53,565 nt of DNA from Patescibacteria group bacterium. GTDB taxonomy: Bacteria > Patescibacteriota > Minisyncoccia > Phycocordibacterales > UBA918. This document shows positions 30,412 to 39,253 of the stretch, in pieces. Below the pieces are notes generated by a model. That model ran no database searches. It saw only the letters and a program-made list of their open reading frames with translations, and had not been told where the DNA came from. The stretch lies in assembly GCA_038061715.1 (NCBI GenBank), contig JBBTYP010000004.1:1-53565 (forward strand), read 5' to 3'. Made by a program: the position numbers and the translations under genes. Position 1 is the first letter of the stretch, and each line of letters starts with the position of its first letter.

Positions 30412-30492
30412 ATTCTTGATGGAAAACACGACGATAAGAATGAGCAGGCTTTCTATATGAAGGGAGGTATCGACGAAGTTCAAGCTTCATAA
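30412..30492 (+). other. In-frame continuation of atpD after the TAA: 26 sense codons plus a second TAA
   Basis: Nt 30412-30489 translate to ILDGKHDDKNEQAFYMKGGIDEVQAS. This matches the conserved beta C-terminus (E. coli ...[32 protein letters not shown], from memory). Stop TAA at 30490-30492. Confidence 0.7.
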
Positions 30493-30616
30493 TATAGCCA
30501 ATCTACGTCGTTGGCCTGCGGTAAATCATTTCTCACTGTACACCAAGTACAGCTCGCAATAATTTCCTTGTCCGCCTCGTATCTCGACTATCTTACAAAC
30601 CTTGAATATAATAAAA

Positions 30617-30754
30617 ATGAGTATGAAAAAATTTACCGCGAAAAGTATTTATGCAGCCATAGCAGCATTTTTCACAGTCTTATTTCTTGCTGAGACTAAC
30701 TTTAACGGCACCGTTCAAAATCCATTAGATAGCGACCTTGAGGATAATAAATGA
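30617..30754 (+). CDS. Possible small hydrophobic protein (45 aa) in the atpD-atpC spacer
   Basis: MSMKKFTAKSIYAAIAAFFTVLFLAETNFNGTVQNPLDSDLEDNK. TATAAT (30607-30612) lies just upstream. No SD and a TGA stop. Weak call. Confidence 0.3.
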   Translation: MSMKKFTAKSIYAAIAAFFTVLFLAETNFNGTVQNPLDSDLEDNK

Positions 30755-30756
30755 TT

Positions 30757-30850
30757 ATGGCAGAAAAATTACTTAAGCTTAACTTTCAAGCGAGTGAGTG
30801 AAGCATAAAAGTTTACTTTTATAGTTTCGAACGAGTGAAGAAAGACGGCT
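30757..30850 (+). pseudogene. Possible decayed atpC-like fragment
   Basis: ATG GCA GAA AAA TTA CTT AAG CTT (MAEKLLKL) matches the real atpC start ATG AAT GAA AAA [AAC AGA] TTA CTG AAG CTT. The match is 17/18 nt over six codons around a 2-codon indel. It is interrupted by TGA at 30799. The downstream ERVKKDG faintly resembles atpC EVRIKKADG. Confidence 0.3.
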
Positions 30851-30906
30851 TCAGTTCTCAAAAAAATTACACAAATCTAAATAATTTGCTAAGTTTATAA
30901 ACTACT

Positions 30907-31161
30907 ATGAATGAAAAAAACAGATTACTGAAGCTTACAATAACAAGAGTCGACGGCCCAGTTTTTGACGGCGAAGTTATTTCAGTGGCTGTACCTGGTG
31001 TTGCTGGCGATATGCAACTTCTGGCTGGGCACGAGTCAATTATTTCCCCCCTTAAAAATGGAGAAGTGAGAATCAAAAAGGCTGACGGCACTACCGAATC
31101 ATTTCCTCTTACGACCGGAACCCTCGAAGTTAGCCACAACCACGCGACTATCCTGGTGTAG
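30907..31161 (+). CDS. atpC: F0F1 ATP synthase subunit epsilon, beta-sandwich domain only (84 aa)
   Basis: LLKLTITRVDGPVFDGEVISVAVPGVAGDMQLLAGHESIISPLKNGEVRI...LEVSHNHATILV matches the epsilon N-terminal domain. TAG falls where the C-terminal helical hairpin normally begins. Confidence 0.85.
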   Translation: MNEKNRLLKLTITRVDGPVFDGEVISVAVPGVAGDMQLLAGHESIISPLKNGEVRIKKADGTTESFPLTTGTLEVSHNHATILV

Positions 31162-31225
31162 AAAATATCTGCACTACTGTTGAAAAGATTCACGCAAAAG
31201 TGAAAACTGGTCGTGATACACTGTA

Positions 31226-33514
31226 GTGGTGACAGAAGGCTCACTTGAAAATCTAAAGAAAAGCAAACGTTACTTGTCTGTGCGGTCTCGGGTTCTTTTG
31301 ACGGTGTTTTTTGGCTTGGTCATTCTCTATAGTTTTTTATATTTGATGACAAATGAGGTACTTTCGAAAAGTTATCTGGAAATTGAGAAAGAAGAAGTCA
31401 TTCAAGATATTGATCGAGCCACTGAGGCAATAAATGATGAAGTTTACCTGCAGTACGAAAATCTTCTAGACTGGTCGCCGTGGGATGACATGTACTTTTA
31501 CACCGAAGAATATGCTTTAGAGGGAACCAAAAACAGAGAATTTGAGGAAAGTACGATGTTTGCTACCGGTTACATTAGGCAAGATCAAAATGGCTACTTT
31601 GTAACTGATAACGGTGGGAATATTTACTACGCCGTTTATCTAGATCTGGATGAAGAAATCGAAGTCGCTTCTAGTACTATTGTAGATTTCTTTGAGCCAC
31701 AACCAGAACTTATTATAAGAACTGACGAAGCTGATTTTAAATACGGTTTAGTAATGATGCCAGAGGGCCCAGCTCTGTTTGCTTCAAAGCCAAGTTTAAC
31801 CAATGAAGAGACAGGCCCAGTTCACTCTTCAATTGCTCTCTTGCGGTATTTGGATGACGGAAAAATGCAGAGTATTTCTGAAGCGCTTGGTCTTCAAACT
31901 GAAATCTTCGAAGTCACCGCTAGTGATTTACCAGCCGACGTGCAGAATGCTAGAGAACTTCTTTTGTCTGGTGAAAAGTACGTAGTTTCTCCCAAAACAT
32001 TAGCTGAAATACAAGGCTATGCCCTGATTGATGATGTCTATGACGAACCGGCCCTGATTGTACGTATAGAGACGGCCCGACCGATTTTTGCACAGGGTCA
32101 AAAAACTATCTTTTTCTTCCTAATTGGTGGCTTTTTAGCCCTAATCGTCTTTGCTGTCTTTATTACTGGCTTACTGGAAAAGCTTGTCATTAGACGTTTT
32201 GTTCGTCTCTCTAGAGATGTAGAAACAATAAATAAAGAAAGAAATATTGAAAACTTAGTCGAAACTGGACAGGCCGACGATATAGGAAAGCTAGGCATAA
32301 AAATCAATCAAATGCTACTGTGGTTATCTTCCGCTCAAAAAGCCGAGAAATCATCCAAACAAAAAGTGCTGAACCTACTCAAGCAAGTGGAAAAGGGCAA
32401 GGACTACGCTGAGCAGATGGTTATAGAGCGAACAAAAGAACTGGAGACAGAGAAAGCTCGGCTACTGACTTCAATTAATAGTTTGGTTTTCGGATTCTTA
32501 ATAATTGATACCGATAACAAGATTATTCTTCATAACCCAGCCGCTAAATCCATCCTTAGCATCGCTGAGATTCCGGCCAGGATTGACAGTCCAGATTTTG
32601 GCGAGTTGTGTCAAGTTTTTACACAGTTGGTTGTAGACACTAAGAAGTCAAAGACACTGACCGAAATCAAAGAGCAATTGTTCAAAAACTTTTATCTAAG
32701 ACTAGTCTGTGTCCCAGTGCTCGCAATCGATAAGGGCCAAAAGAAGAATGAAATCATTGGCTATGTACTGGTAATAGACGATATTACCGAGGCAAAAAAT
32801 ACAGAAAGAAGTCGGGAAGAATTTTTCTCAATCGCTTCGCATGAGCTGCGTACTCCTTTAACTGCAATCAGATGGAACACTCACATGTTGCTTTCTGAGC
32901 AGGCCGCTGAGTTGGAAGCGAAGAAGAAACAACGTTTGGTTACCGACGTTCACAATGCCAGTATACGTCTGATATCGATTGTTGATGACTTCCTCGAAGT
33001 GTCACGCTTAGAACAAAAAAAGCTAACCGTAACAAAAACAAATTTTGACATGGTTGAATTGGCAAAGCATAATATAGAGACTTACACTGAGTACGCCAAG
33101 CAAAAGAGCATCAATCTTGAGTTTAAATCCTCTTTAGAAACTGCCATGACGTATGCTGACGAAGCCAGAACTAAGCAGGTTCTCGACAACCTCATTGGTA
33201 ACTCACTCCGCTTCACTCATCAAGGAACCATCACCTTGGAAATCACGGCCAACAACAGCACTGTTACAGTTAGGGTTACCGACACCGGACTGGGTATTTC
33301 TGAAAAAAATAAAGGCAGACTTTTTAAAAAGTTCCAACAGGCTGGCGAAGATATGCTGGCCAGGGAGGATAGTCAAAGCACTGGCTTGGGCCTTTATATC
33401 TCAAAATTGGTACTAGGGGAGATGGGTGGTACAATTAAACTTGAGAAGAGCATCTTAGGAGAAGGTAGTACCTTTTCTTTCACCTTACCAAAAGCCAAAT
33501 CGCTTAAATCTTAG
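31226..33514 (+). CDS. Sensor histidine kinase with a CHASE4-like extracytoplasmic domain, HAMP, PAS-like, HisKA and HATPase_c
   Basis: 762 aa, GTG start. Two TM helices flank a ~260-aa domain containing LLDWSPWDDMYFY (CHASE4-like). H-box HELRTPLTAIRWN. N box LIGNSLRFT. G boxes VTDTGLGI and STGLGLYI. Confidence 0.88.
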   Translation: MVTEGSLENLKKSKRYLSVRSRVLLTVFFGLVILYSFLYLMTNEVLSKSYLEIEKEEVIQDIDRATEAINDEVYLQYENLLDWSPWDDMYFYTEEYALEGTKNREFEESTMFATGYIRQDQNGYFVTDNGGNIYYAVYLDLDEEIEVASSTIVDFFEPQPELIIRTDEADFKYGLVMMPEGPALFASKPSLTNEETGPVHSSIALLRYLDDGKMQSISEALGLQTEIFEVTASDLPADVQNARELLLSGEKYVVSPKTLAEIQGYALIDDVYDEPALIVRIETARPIFAQGQKTIFFFLIGGFLALIVFAVFITGLLEKLVIRRFVRLSRDVETINKERNIENLVETGQADDIGKLGIKINQMLLWLSSAQKAEKSSKQKVLNLLKQVEKGKDYAEQMVIERTKELETEKARLLTSINSLVFGFLIIDTDNKIILHNPAAKSILSIAEIPARIDSPDFGELCQVFTQLVVDTKKSKTLTEIKEQLFKNFYLRLVCVPVLAIDKGQKKNEIIGYVLVIDDITEAKNTERSREEFFSIASHELRTPLTAIRWNTHMLLSEQAAELEAKKKQRLVTDVHNASIRLISIVDDFLEVSRLEQKKLTVTKTNFDMVELAKHNIETYTEYAKQKSINLEFKSSLETAMTYADEARTKQVLDNLIGNSLRFTHQGTITLEITANNSTVTVRVTDTGLGISEKNKGRLFKKFQQAGEDMLAREDSQSTGLGLYISKLVLGEMGGTIKLEKSILGEGSTFSFTLPKAKSLKS

Positions 33515-33525
33515 TTAATCATAGT

Positions 33526-33924
33526 ATGAAAAAATTCTTTTTTGCCGCCGAGGATGACGAAATGATGTGCAGTCTATATCAGTTGGCTTTTGAAATAGCC
33601 GGTTGTGAAATTGAAATTGCACACGACGGCGAGGAGGCTCTGGCTAGACTTGGGGCTATGGAAAAGAAGCCCACTGTGGTGATATTGGATATTATGATGC
33701 CCAAGAAAAACGGTTTTGACGTACTCAAGGCGATGAAAGAAGATTCAACTCTTAAAAAAATCCCAGTCATTATGTTGACGAACCTTGCTGGAGAGGAAAA
33801 TTTTGAAAAGGGCATGTCGCTCGGAGCCGCTGGTTATATAATAAAAAGCGATTACGACCCAGACAAGATTGTCGAGAGGGTTCTGACAATTGCCAATGAA
33901 TACGAAAATGGCGAATTAGTCTAA
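33526..33924 (+). CDS. Single-domain response regulator (receiver only)
   Basis: 132 aa. EDDE acidic pocket, acceptor VILDIMMPKKNG, VIMLTN, GYIIKS. Confidence 0.88.
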   Translation: MKKFFFAAEDDEMMCSLYQLAFEIAGCEIEIAHDGEEALARLGAMEKKPTVVILDIMMPKKNGFDVLKAMKEDSTLKKIPVIMLTNLAGEENFEKGMSLGAAGYIIKSDYDPDKIVERVLTIANEYENGELV

Positions 33925-33939
33925 GGGCGAGACGTAAAT

Positions 33940-33968
33940 TTGAGGCCTACCATTTTTGATGCTATACT
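33940..33968 (+). promoter_or_regulatory. Promoter of tRNA-Ala(GGC): TTGAGG-17-TATACT with extended -10 TG
   Basis: -35 TTGAGG at 33940-33945, a 17-nt spacer, and TGcTATACT at 33960-33968. The tRNA starts 10 nt after the -10. Confidence 0.45.
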
Positions 33969-33978
33969 CGGTCCGCTC

Positions 33979-34051
33979 GGGCCCTTAGCTCATTTGGTAG
34001 AGCGCTTCCATGGCATGGAAGAGGCGAGCGGTTCAAATCCGCTAGGGTCCA
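33979..34051 (+). tRNA. tRNA-Ala: tRNA-Ala (anticodon GGC), CCA not encoded
   Basis: GGGCCCTTAGCTCATTTGGTAGAGCGCTTCCATGGCATGGAAGAGGCGAGCGGTTCAAATCCGCTAGGGTCCA. Cloverleaf with anticodon loop ATGGCAT, a G3:U70 pair and T-loop TTCAAAT. Confidence 0.93.
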
Positions 34052-34060
34052 CTGAGGTAA

Positions 34061-34096
34061 AATAATAACCGTCACAGGCGTGACGGTTATTATTTT
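34061..34096 (+). terminator. Terminator hairpin after tRNA-Ala(GGC)
   Basis: Perfect 15-bp stem AATAATAACCGTCAC / GTGACGGTTATTATT with loop AGGC, running into TTTTA. Confidence 0.75.
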
Positions 34097-34465
34097 AGAA
34101 AGCAAACTGCTTTGCTTTCGTGCCTCAGTGGAGGCCGCAGCGATGTGAGTCGCTCCTTCCCTAGGGCGACGAACCGCGAGGCGGGTGAGAAATGGGATGG
34201 GACCCATTTCGCAAGACTCATTCAGTAAGTTTGTGAGTGCATACGAAACAAACTAGCGAATGAGTGGACAGAATCTGTAAGATTCGAGAACACTTAGTAG
34301 ATTGGAAGCGCAGCGAGCCAATATACTTAGTAACTCGTGACCACAGAGCGCACTTTACAAGTTCCACTGCCGCCAAACTAGATTATGAGCGTAGCGAAGC
34401 AATCTGGGTGGCCGCCGTTATGTTCCAACGCTTTGCCCTTAACAATAGGGAAACACCTTAATTTT

Positions 34466-34474
34466 TGCTAGAAT
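34466..34474 (+). promoter_or_regulatory. Extended -10 TGcTAGAAT, 6 nt upstream of the ATG at 34481
   Basis: TGCTAGAAT then AAAGCT then ATG. No SD. Confidence 0.4.
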
Positions 34475-34480
34475 AAAGCT

Positions 34481-35446
34481 ATGATACGTCCCCAAACTAG
34501 CCGCAGCGCAGGCAACCTAGCCGATACAGCAATCCCAACTTGTCGTAAAACAGATATAGCCGGAGGCGTCCTAGCGGTAATCCAAAACTCTATTTCTACT
34601 TTCAGTTCCATAGATTATATCTATGTTCTGGAGGACAATAAACTTATCGGTGTTTTTTCAATCCATGAACTATTTTCAGCACATCCTTCAGCTGAAGTAT
34701 TAGATTTTATGAAAAGTTCTGTTGCTTACGTGCATGTCAATACTGACAGAGAGCATGTGGCACAACTTGCCCTCGCCCAAAGCATAAAGGCTGTACCGGT
34801 CGTTGATAAGGAAGACAATTTTGTTGGTGTCATTTTAGCTGACACGGTATTGCAGATTTTGAATGAAGACCATACTAATTACCTCTATAAAGCTACTGGT
34901 ATTAAAAAAGAGCAAGTGCGTTATGCGGAGCTTAGTCTACCGAGCCAAATCCGCACCCGTCTACCATGGCTTGTGACGGGTCTCTTTGGTGGTATTGCCG
35001 GCGCCATTATAGTTAATTTTTTTGAACACTCATTAGCGGATCAAATATTTATTGCAGCCTTCATTCCAGCTATAGTTTATATTGCCGACGCTGTCGGTAA
35101 TCAAAGTGAAATGTTAGTTGTACGAGCACTTGGCCGCGATCGAGCCTTTTCAATCACACATTATTTATTTAGAGAATGGAGGGTTGGTTTTTTCATTAGT
35201 ATTCTTTTGGGAACATTAATGTTTTTGCTTTCATTTGTTTGGAAGCAGAATGTGATGTTAAGTATTGCTCTTGGACTTTCTATTTTAGCTACAACAATGT
35301 TCAGTGTCACCTTTACAGTACTACTACCGTGGCTTCTTAAACGTTTAAAATTTGATCCCGCAGTTGCGAGCGGCCCTCTTGCTACTGTAATATGCGATGT
35401 TTCAAGTGTAACCATCTATCTTTTAATTGCCACATCACTCCTCTAA
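34481..35446 (+). CDS. MgtE-like divalent cation channel (CBS pair plus MgtE TM domain, no MgtE N-domain)
   Basis: 321 aa. CBS-like segments (YVLEDNKLIGVFSIHEL; AVPVVDKEDNFVGVILADTVL), then 5 TM helices with FIPAIVYIADAVGNQSEMLVVRAL. Confidence 0.75.
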   Translation: MIRPQTSRSAGNLADTAIPTCRKTDIAGGVLAVIQNSISTFSSIDYIYVLEDNKLIGVFSIHELFSAHPSAEVLDFMKSSVAYVHVNTDREHVAQLALAQSIKAVPVVDKEDNFVGVILADTVLQILNEDHTNYLYKATGIKKEQVRYAELSLPSQIRTRLPWLVTGLFGGIAGAIIVNFFEHSLADQIFIAAFIPAIVYIADAVGNQSEMLVVRALGRDRAFSITHYLFREWRVGFFISILLGTLMFLLSFVWKQNVMLSIALGLSILATTMFSVTFTVLLPWLLKRLKFDPAVASGPLATVICDVSSVTIYLLIATSLL

Positions 35447-35583
35447 CTAAATCTTCCGTCTAGTTTAACCCACAGAAATTCTTTAAATACACCGATTGAT
35501 AGGTGTGTTTATTGGAAGCTTCCTATTATTAAATACACACCTAGCGGGGTACTGACGTTATAAACTTGTTACTATATTGGTAT

Positions 35584-36102
35584 ATGATAATATTTCTTAC
35601 GTTAGCCGCGATTATTCAGAGTTTCTCGATTTCACTTGGTGTCGGGTCTTCGACCCTAGCAATAGCTACTTTCTTTGTGGCCATTGCCGACGGCTCGATT
35701 AATCCCGACGAGCGCAAAATGATGGGTGTAGTTTATATCGTGCTACGCATTGCAATGGTGCTAATTTTGACGACTACTCTTATCATTTTAGCAGCCCAAT
35801 ACACTGCAAATAGTTTTGAATTTGCGCCGTTTCTGATCGGACAACTTTTTGTGGTCGTCATATTATTTGTAAATGCCATGCTGATGACTGCACATCTGAT
35901 TCCAAGTAACTTTGGCCCAGCTATTCAAGCTGGCAACTGGTATACGCTGGGAACACTGTCTGCTCTGCTACCGCTTGGACTGACTACTTTTTCCTTTACA
36001 CAATTTTTCATTGCCTACATTACTTGGATTGTTTTGGCGATTGCTATTGTCAACGCAATTATGGCGTGGCAAATGGCCAAGCGAAACAAATTTATAAAGT
36101 AG
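35584..36102 (+). CDS. Hypothetical polytopic membrane protein
   Basis: ~172 aa with 5-6 predicted TM helices. ATG 35584 is preferred over TTG 35566 because TGtTACTAT (35567-35575) lies between them. Confidence 0.55.
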   Translation: MIIFLTLAAIIQSFSISLGVGSSTLAIATFFVAIADGSINPDERKMMGVVYIVLRIAMVLILTTTLIILAAQYTANSFEFAPFLIGQLFVVVILFVNAMLMTAHLIPSNFGPAIQAGNWYTLGTLSALLPLGLTTFSFTQFFIAYITWIVLAIAIVNAIMAWQMAKRNKFIK

Positions 36103-36112
36103 TGACTATTAA

Positions 36113-36141
36113 GAAAAAGGCACCTGCAGGTGCTTTTTTTA
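36113..36141. terminator. Bidirectional terminator between convergent genes
   Basis: Perfect palindrome GCACCTGCAGGTGC (36120-36133), flanked by an A5 tract and a T7 tract. Confidence 0.8.
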
Positions 36142-39100
36142 ATCAGCAAGTTTCTTTTCAAGTTTTCTCTTCTCGGCCCGGTAGTACAAGACCGGCACCA
36201 TAATGAGGGTCAGTACCATAGCAAATGCCAATCCAAACATAATTGCAAAGGCGAGAGGACTCCAAAAATCTGAAATGCGAGAAAGCGGTATCATACCAAT
36301 GACAGTGGTGATAGTCGTGAGAAAAATTGGGCGAAGTCGTGAAGTGGCCGCTTCAGCCACAGTGTGGATTAAATCTTGATCGCCAGAAGATGCTTTGTGG
36401 AAGATCATTGAATCCATCAAAATAATGGAGTGATTTATGATGACTCCCGCTAGCGCTATCACACCCAGCATTGAGGTAAAAGACAAAGGCAGGCCAGCCA
36501 GCGCTAGACCGCCAAAAACTCCAATTAATGAATAGGGCACAGCAAGCAGTAGGTAGAGGGAGTAACGCACCGAGTTGAAAGACAAAACCAAGATGGCCAG
36601 CATGAGGATAATACCAGCTACGATAGCCAAGCCCATTTCAGTAAATGAACGATTGATGTCTTCGGTTTCTCCACCGTAACTAACCGTTACACTATCTGGA
36701 ATCGCAACTTCGTCAGCCCGGCGTTGGAATTCACTAACTATCTCAATTGCGGTGGCGTCGCTCTTAGTGTAAGCAGAAACACTTTCAACTCGTTTTCCAT
36801 CTTCGTGGGAGATGGCGGCATTGGCTGGAGCCAAGGTAGGGGTGATTACACTACCAAGCAAAACTGGTTCACCAGTACGACTGATGACAGTGAGATTGGA
36901 TAGAGTATCGTAACTTACTTCGGGTGTAACTGAGGGGTCAGTAACAGACTGAGAATCAACTTTTATTTTTACCATTACATCAAGATCGTTCGATTTTTCA
37001 GTATAAGTGGTAGCTTTAGTGCCAAAAACTGCACTACGCAAAGTTTGAGCCACGGTAGCTGGAGAAACCCCGGCTGCGCTGGCCTTTGCTTGATCAACTG
37101 TTAAAACATATTCAATAGCATCGGTGTCATTCGTCGTTGCTATGTCGCGTGTTCCGTCTATGCTAGCCAGTAGTTTTTCTGCACTGTTGACGACAGTCGA
37201 TAACTCATCAAGATCATCGCCGGCAAATTTGATCAACACTGGGGCACCTGTAGCCGGTCCGTTTTGTTGTTCTTGAATGATAATTTTGGCACCCTTGATA
37301 GTAAGTAGGCTACTCCGTAATTCGCTAGATAATTCTTGTGAAGTTTGCTCACGATCTTCTTTTAACTCAACTGTGATGTTGGCGTAGCGGCCGCCGGAGT
37401 CTGTGCTACCAGTGAAATAAGAACCACTGCCAGCTGTCGAAGTAAAAGATTTAATATAATCTTGCTCGTAAAGAGTTTCTTCTACTTGTCGTAGTACTAG
37501 ATCAGTTTGACCAACTGGGGTACCTTGCTGAGTCTCAACGCTGACATAAATGTACGGTACATCCTCGGGCGGAAAAAAAATGGTTTTAAGAGCGCCCGTA
37601 ATTGGTAGGACTAATACCAAAACGAAAGCCATGAATAAACCAGTCAGGAAAAAAGTTTGTGCCCTGGATTTGCCCAAGAAAATGATGAGTTTCTCTTTAT
37701 ACCAAAGTTGAGCTTTATGATTCCACTCCTCTTGGAATTTTTCAAGTTTGTTCTCGCCACCTCCAGTCTTGGTAATAGCAAGCGCCAGAAGAGGCACAAA
37801 GCCAAGCGCCACAAAGATAGAGGCAAACAAAACAAAGATAATAGTAAAGGGGATTGATGAAATAAACTGTCCAATCACACCCGAAAGAAAGAAAAGGGGA
37901 GCAAAAACAGCAACTGTAGTCATAGTCCCTCCAATTAGTGGCCACGCGTACTCTAAAATTGCGTTACGTGCAGCCGCTTTTGGGTCACCAAATTTACGAA
38001 TACGCGTATGAATCGCTTCGGTAACTACAATGCCAGAGTCGACCAAAATTCCCACCGCTAGAATGAGAGCAAACAAACTAATAAAGTTGATGGTGTTACC
38101 AGACAAATACAAGCCTATAAAAGCAATTACAAATGAAAGAGGGATAGACATAGCCGCTACCACTGATTCACGCCAGCCGAGAGTCAAGAGAAGGCAAATT
38201 AGAACTAAAATAACTGTTTCAGTTCCCGCTTCAATAAGATCACGCAAATCCTTTCGCACTTGTTCACCACCGTCATAAACAAAGAGAGCTTGTGAGCCAA
38301 ATAGGAGACCACCCTCAGCCTGAAGGATTGTCAGTTTTTCGTGTACGCCGGCTGACATTGCAGTTACGTCATAACCAGATTTTTTATAAATAGATAGAGT
38401 GAGTGCCTTTTCTGATGGAGCGTTATCCACCGAGACACGCGAAATGGATTTCTCTTCCGCCACACCATCAGTTACGACGGCGATGTCACTAATAAAGACT
38501 GGGAAATTACCCTTCGATGTGACTGGTACAGTGCGAATAGAGGCGACATCATCCAGCTTACCTTCGAAGCGAATTGCGTACTCCACCCCATCGGTGCTGA
38601 TACTACCGATTGGTAGAGACAGGTTAGCCCCTTGCAACGCAGCTGTGACGTCTCCGATAGATAATCCGTAAGTAGCAAGTGATGCACTATCGACAGTGAC
38701 CTGGATTTCACGAGCACGAGTACCACTGACATCGACTCTTGCAACACCAGGAACCTTTTTAAATTCCGTCTCTAAATCCTCGCCAAGTTGAGTAAATGAT
38801 ACCGCATCAAGATCGGAGGAGATAGAAAGAACATGGATGGGTTGGTCGGCAAAGTTAACCTCGGTTACAGTCGGATCAAAAGCGTCTGTCGGTAGGTCTG
38901 GCTTGGTCAAATCAACTGCATCTTTTACTTTGTCTATTGATTCGCTAACGTCAGCACTAGCAATGAATTCGACGGTTACCATCGAAACGCCATCTCTTGA
39001 AGTAGAAGTAACCTTTTTTACACCATCAAGATTTTCAAGGTTGTTCTCAAGTTTGTTGGTCACCAACTCTTCCATGTCACTGGCGGAAGCACCAGGGTAA

Positions 39101-39252
39101 ATAGTCGAGACGATACCAATTGGAACAATCACTTCAGGAGCTGATTCCTTAGGAATCAGATATAAGGCATAAAGACCAGCCGCAATCATAGCGACCATAA
39201 ACAGCCAGGTAAATTGGCGTTTCTTTAGAAAAAATAGCCAGAGAGAATGCAT
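36139..39252 (-). CDS. RND superfamily efflux transporter (AcrB/AcrD/AcrF family)
   Basis: 1037 aa. A 12-TM layout with two large extracytoplasmic loops and duplicated halves. Directly follows the adaptor gene. Confidence 0.9.
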   Translation of the reverse strand: MHSLWLFFLKKRQFTWLFMVAMIAAGLYALYLIPKESAPEVIVPIGIVSTIYPGASASDMEELVTNKLENNLENLDGVKKVTSTSRDGVSMVTVEFIASADVSESIDKVKDAVDLTKPDLPTDAFDPTVTEVNFADQPIHVLSISSDLDAVSFTQLGEDLETEFKKVPGVARVDVSGTRAREIQVTVDSASLATYGLSIGDVTAALQGANLSLPIGSISTDGVEYAIRFEGKLDDVASIRTVPVTSKGNFPVFISDIAVVTDGVAEEKSISRVSVDNAPSEKALTLSIYKKSGYDVTAMSAGVHEKLTILQAEGGLLFGSQALFVYDGGEQVRKDLRDLIEAGTETVILVLICLLLTLGWRESVVAAMSIPLSFVIAFIGLYLSGNTINFISLFALILAVGILVDSGIVVTEAIHTRIRKFGDPKAAARNAILEYAWPLIGGTMTTVAVFAPLFFLSGVIGQFISSIPFTIIFVLFASIFVALGFVPLLALAITKTGGGENKLEKFQEEWNHKAQLWYKEKLIIFLGKSRAQTFFLTGLFMAFVLVLVLPITGALKTIFFPPEDVPYIYVSVETQQGTPVGQTDLVLRQVEETLYEQDYIKSFTSTAGSGSYFTGSTDSGGRYANITVELKEDREQTSQELSSELRSSLLTIKGAKIIIQEQQNGPATGAPVLIKFAGDDLDELSTVVNSAEKLLASIDGTRDIATTNDTDAIEYVLTVDQAKASAAGVSPATVAQTLRSAVFGTKATTYTEKSNDLDVMVKIKVDSQSVTDPSVTPEVSYDTLSNLTVISRTGEPVLLGSVITPTLAPANAAISHEDGKRVESVSAYTKSDATAIEIVSEFQRRADEVAIPDSVTVSYGGETEDINRSFTEMGLAIVAGIILMLAILVLSFNSVRYSLYLLLAVPYSLIGVFGGLALAGLPLSFTSMLGVIALAGVIINHSIILMDSMIFHKASSGDQDLIHTVAEAATSRLRPIFLTTITTVIGMIPLSRISDFWSPLAFAIMFGLAFAMVLTLIMVPVLYYRAEKRKLEKKLAD

Positions 39253-39253
39253 A

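Noticed and set aside
30511-30693. 60-aa TTG-initiated ORF in the atpD-atpC spacer.
   Set aside because: TTG start, no promoter or SD context, no hydrophobic or conserved features. It overlaps the slightly better-supported 45-aa ORF in another frame.
33962-34207. 81-aa minus-strand ORF.
   Set aside because: It is antisense to tRNA-Ala(GGC) and its terminator, with no translation signals.
34052-34300. RNase P RNA or a two-piece tmRNA next to tRNA-Ala(GGC).
   Set aside because: GACAGAATCTGTAAG only vaguely resembles the RNase P ACAGAANCCGGCUUA block, and the universal GAGGAAAGUCC block is absent. The adjacent tRNA is a complete cloverleaf with a normal anticodon arm, so it is not a tmRNA acceptor piece.
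34264-34461. 65-aa GTG-initiated ORF in the tRNA-Ala(GGC)/mgtE-like gap.
   Set aside because: It has no SD or -10 context and no recognisable fold. Its internal peptide repeat (KRSEPIY / ERSEAIW) only mirrors the nucleotide direct repeats. I treat it as non-coding, though a decayed gene cannot be excluded.
34100-34480. M-box (Mg2+) or other known riboswitch upstream of the MgtE-like gene.
   Set aside because: I looked for the conserved M-box blocks as I remember them (GUUAGGUGAGGCU, GACGCUAAUGGG, GUGCUAAAGCUCUACG) and for yybP-ykoY-like GGAGAGUAG, and found none. A covariance-model scan would be needed to be sure.
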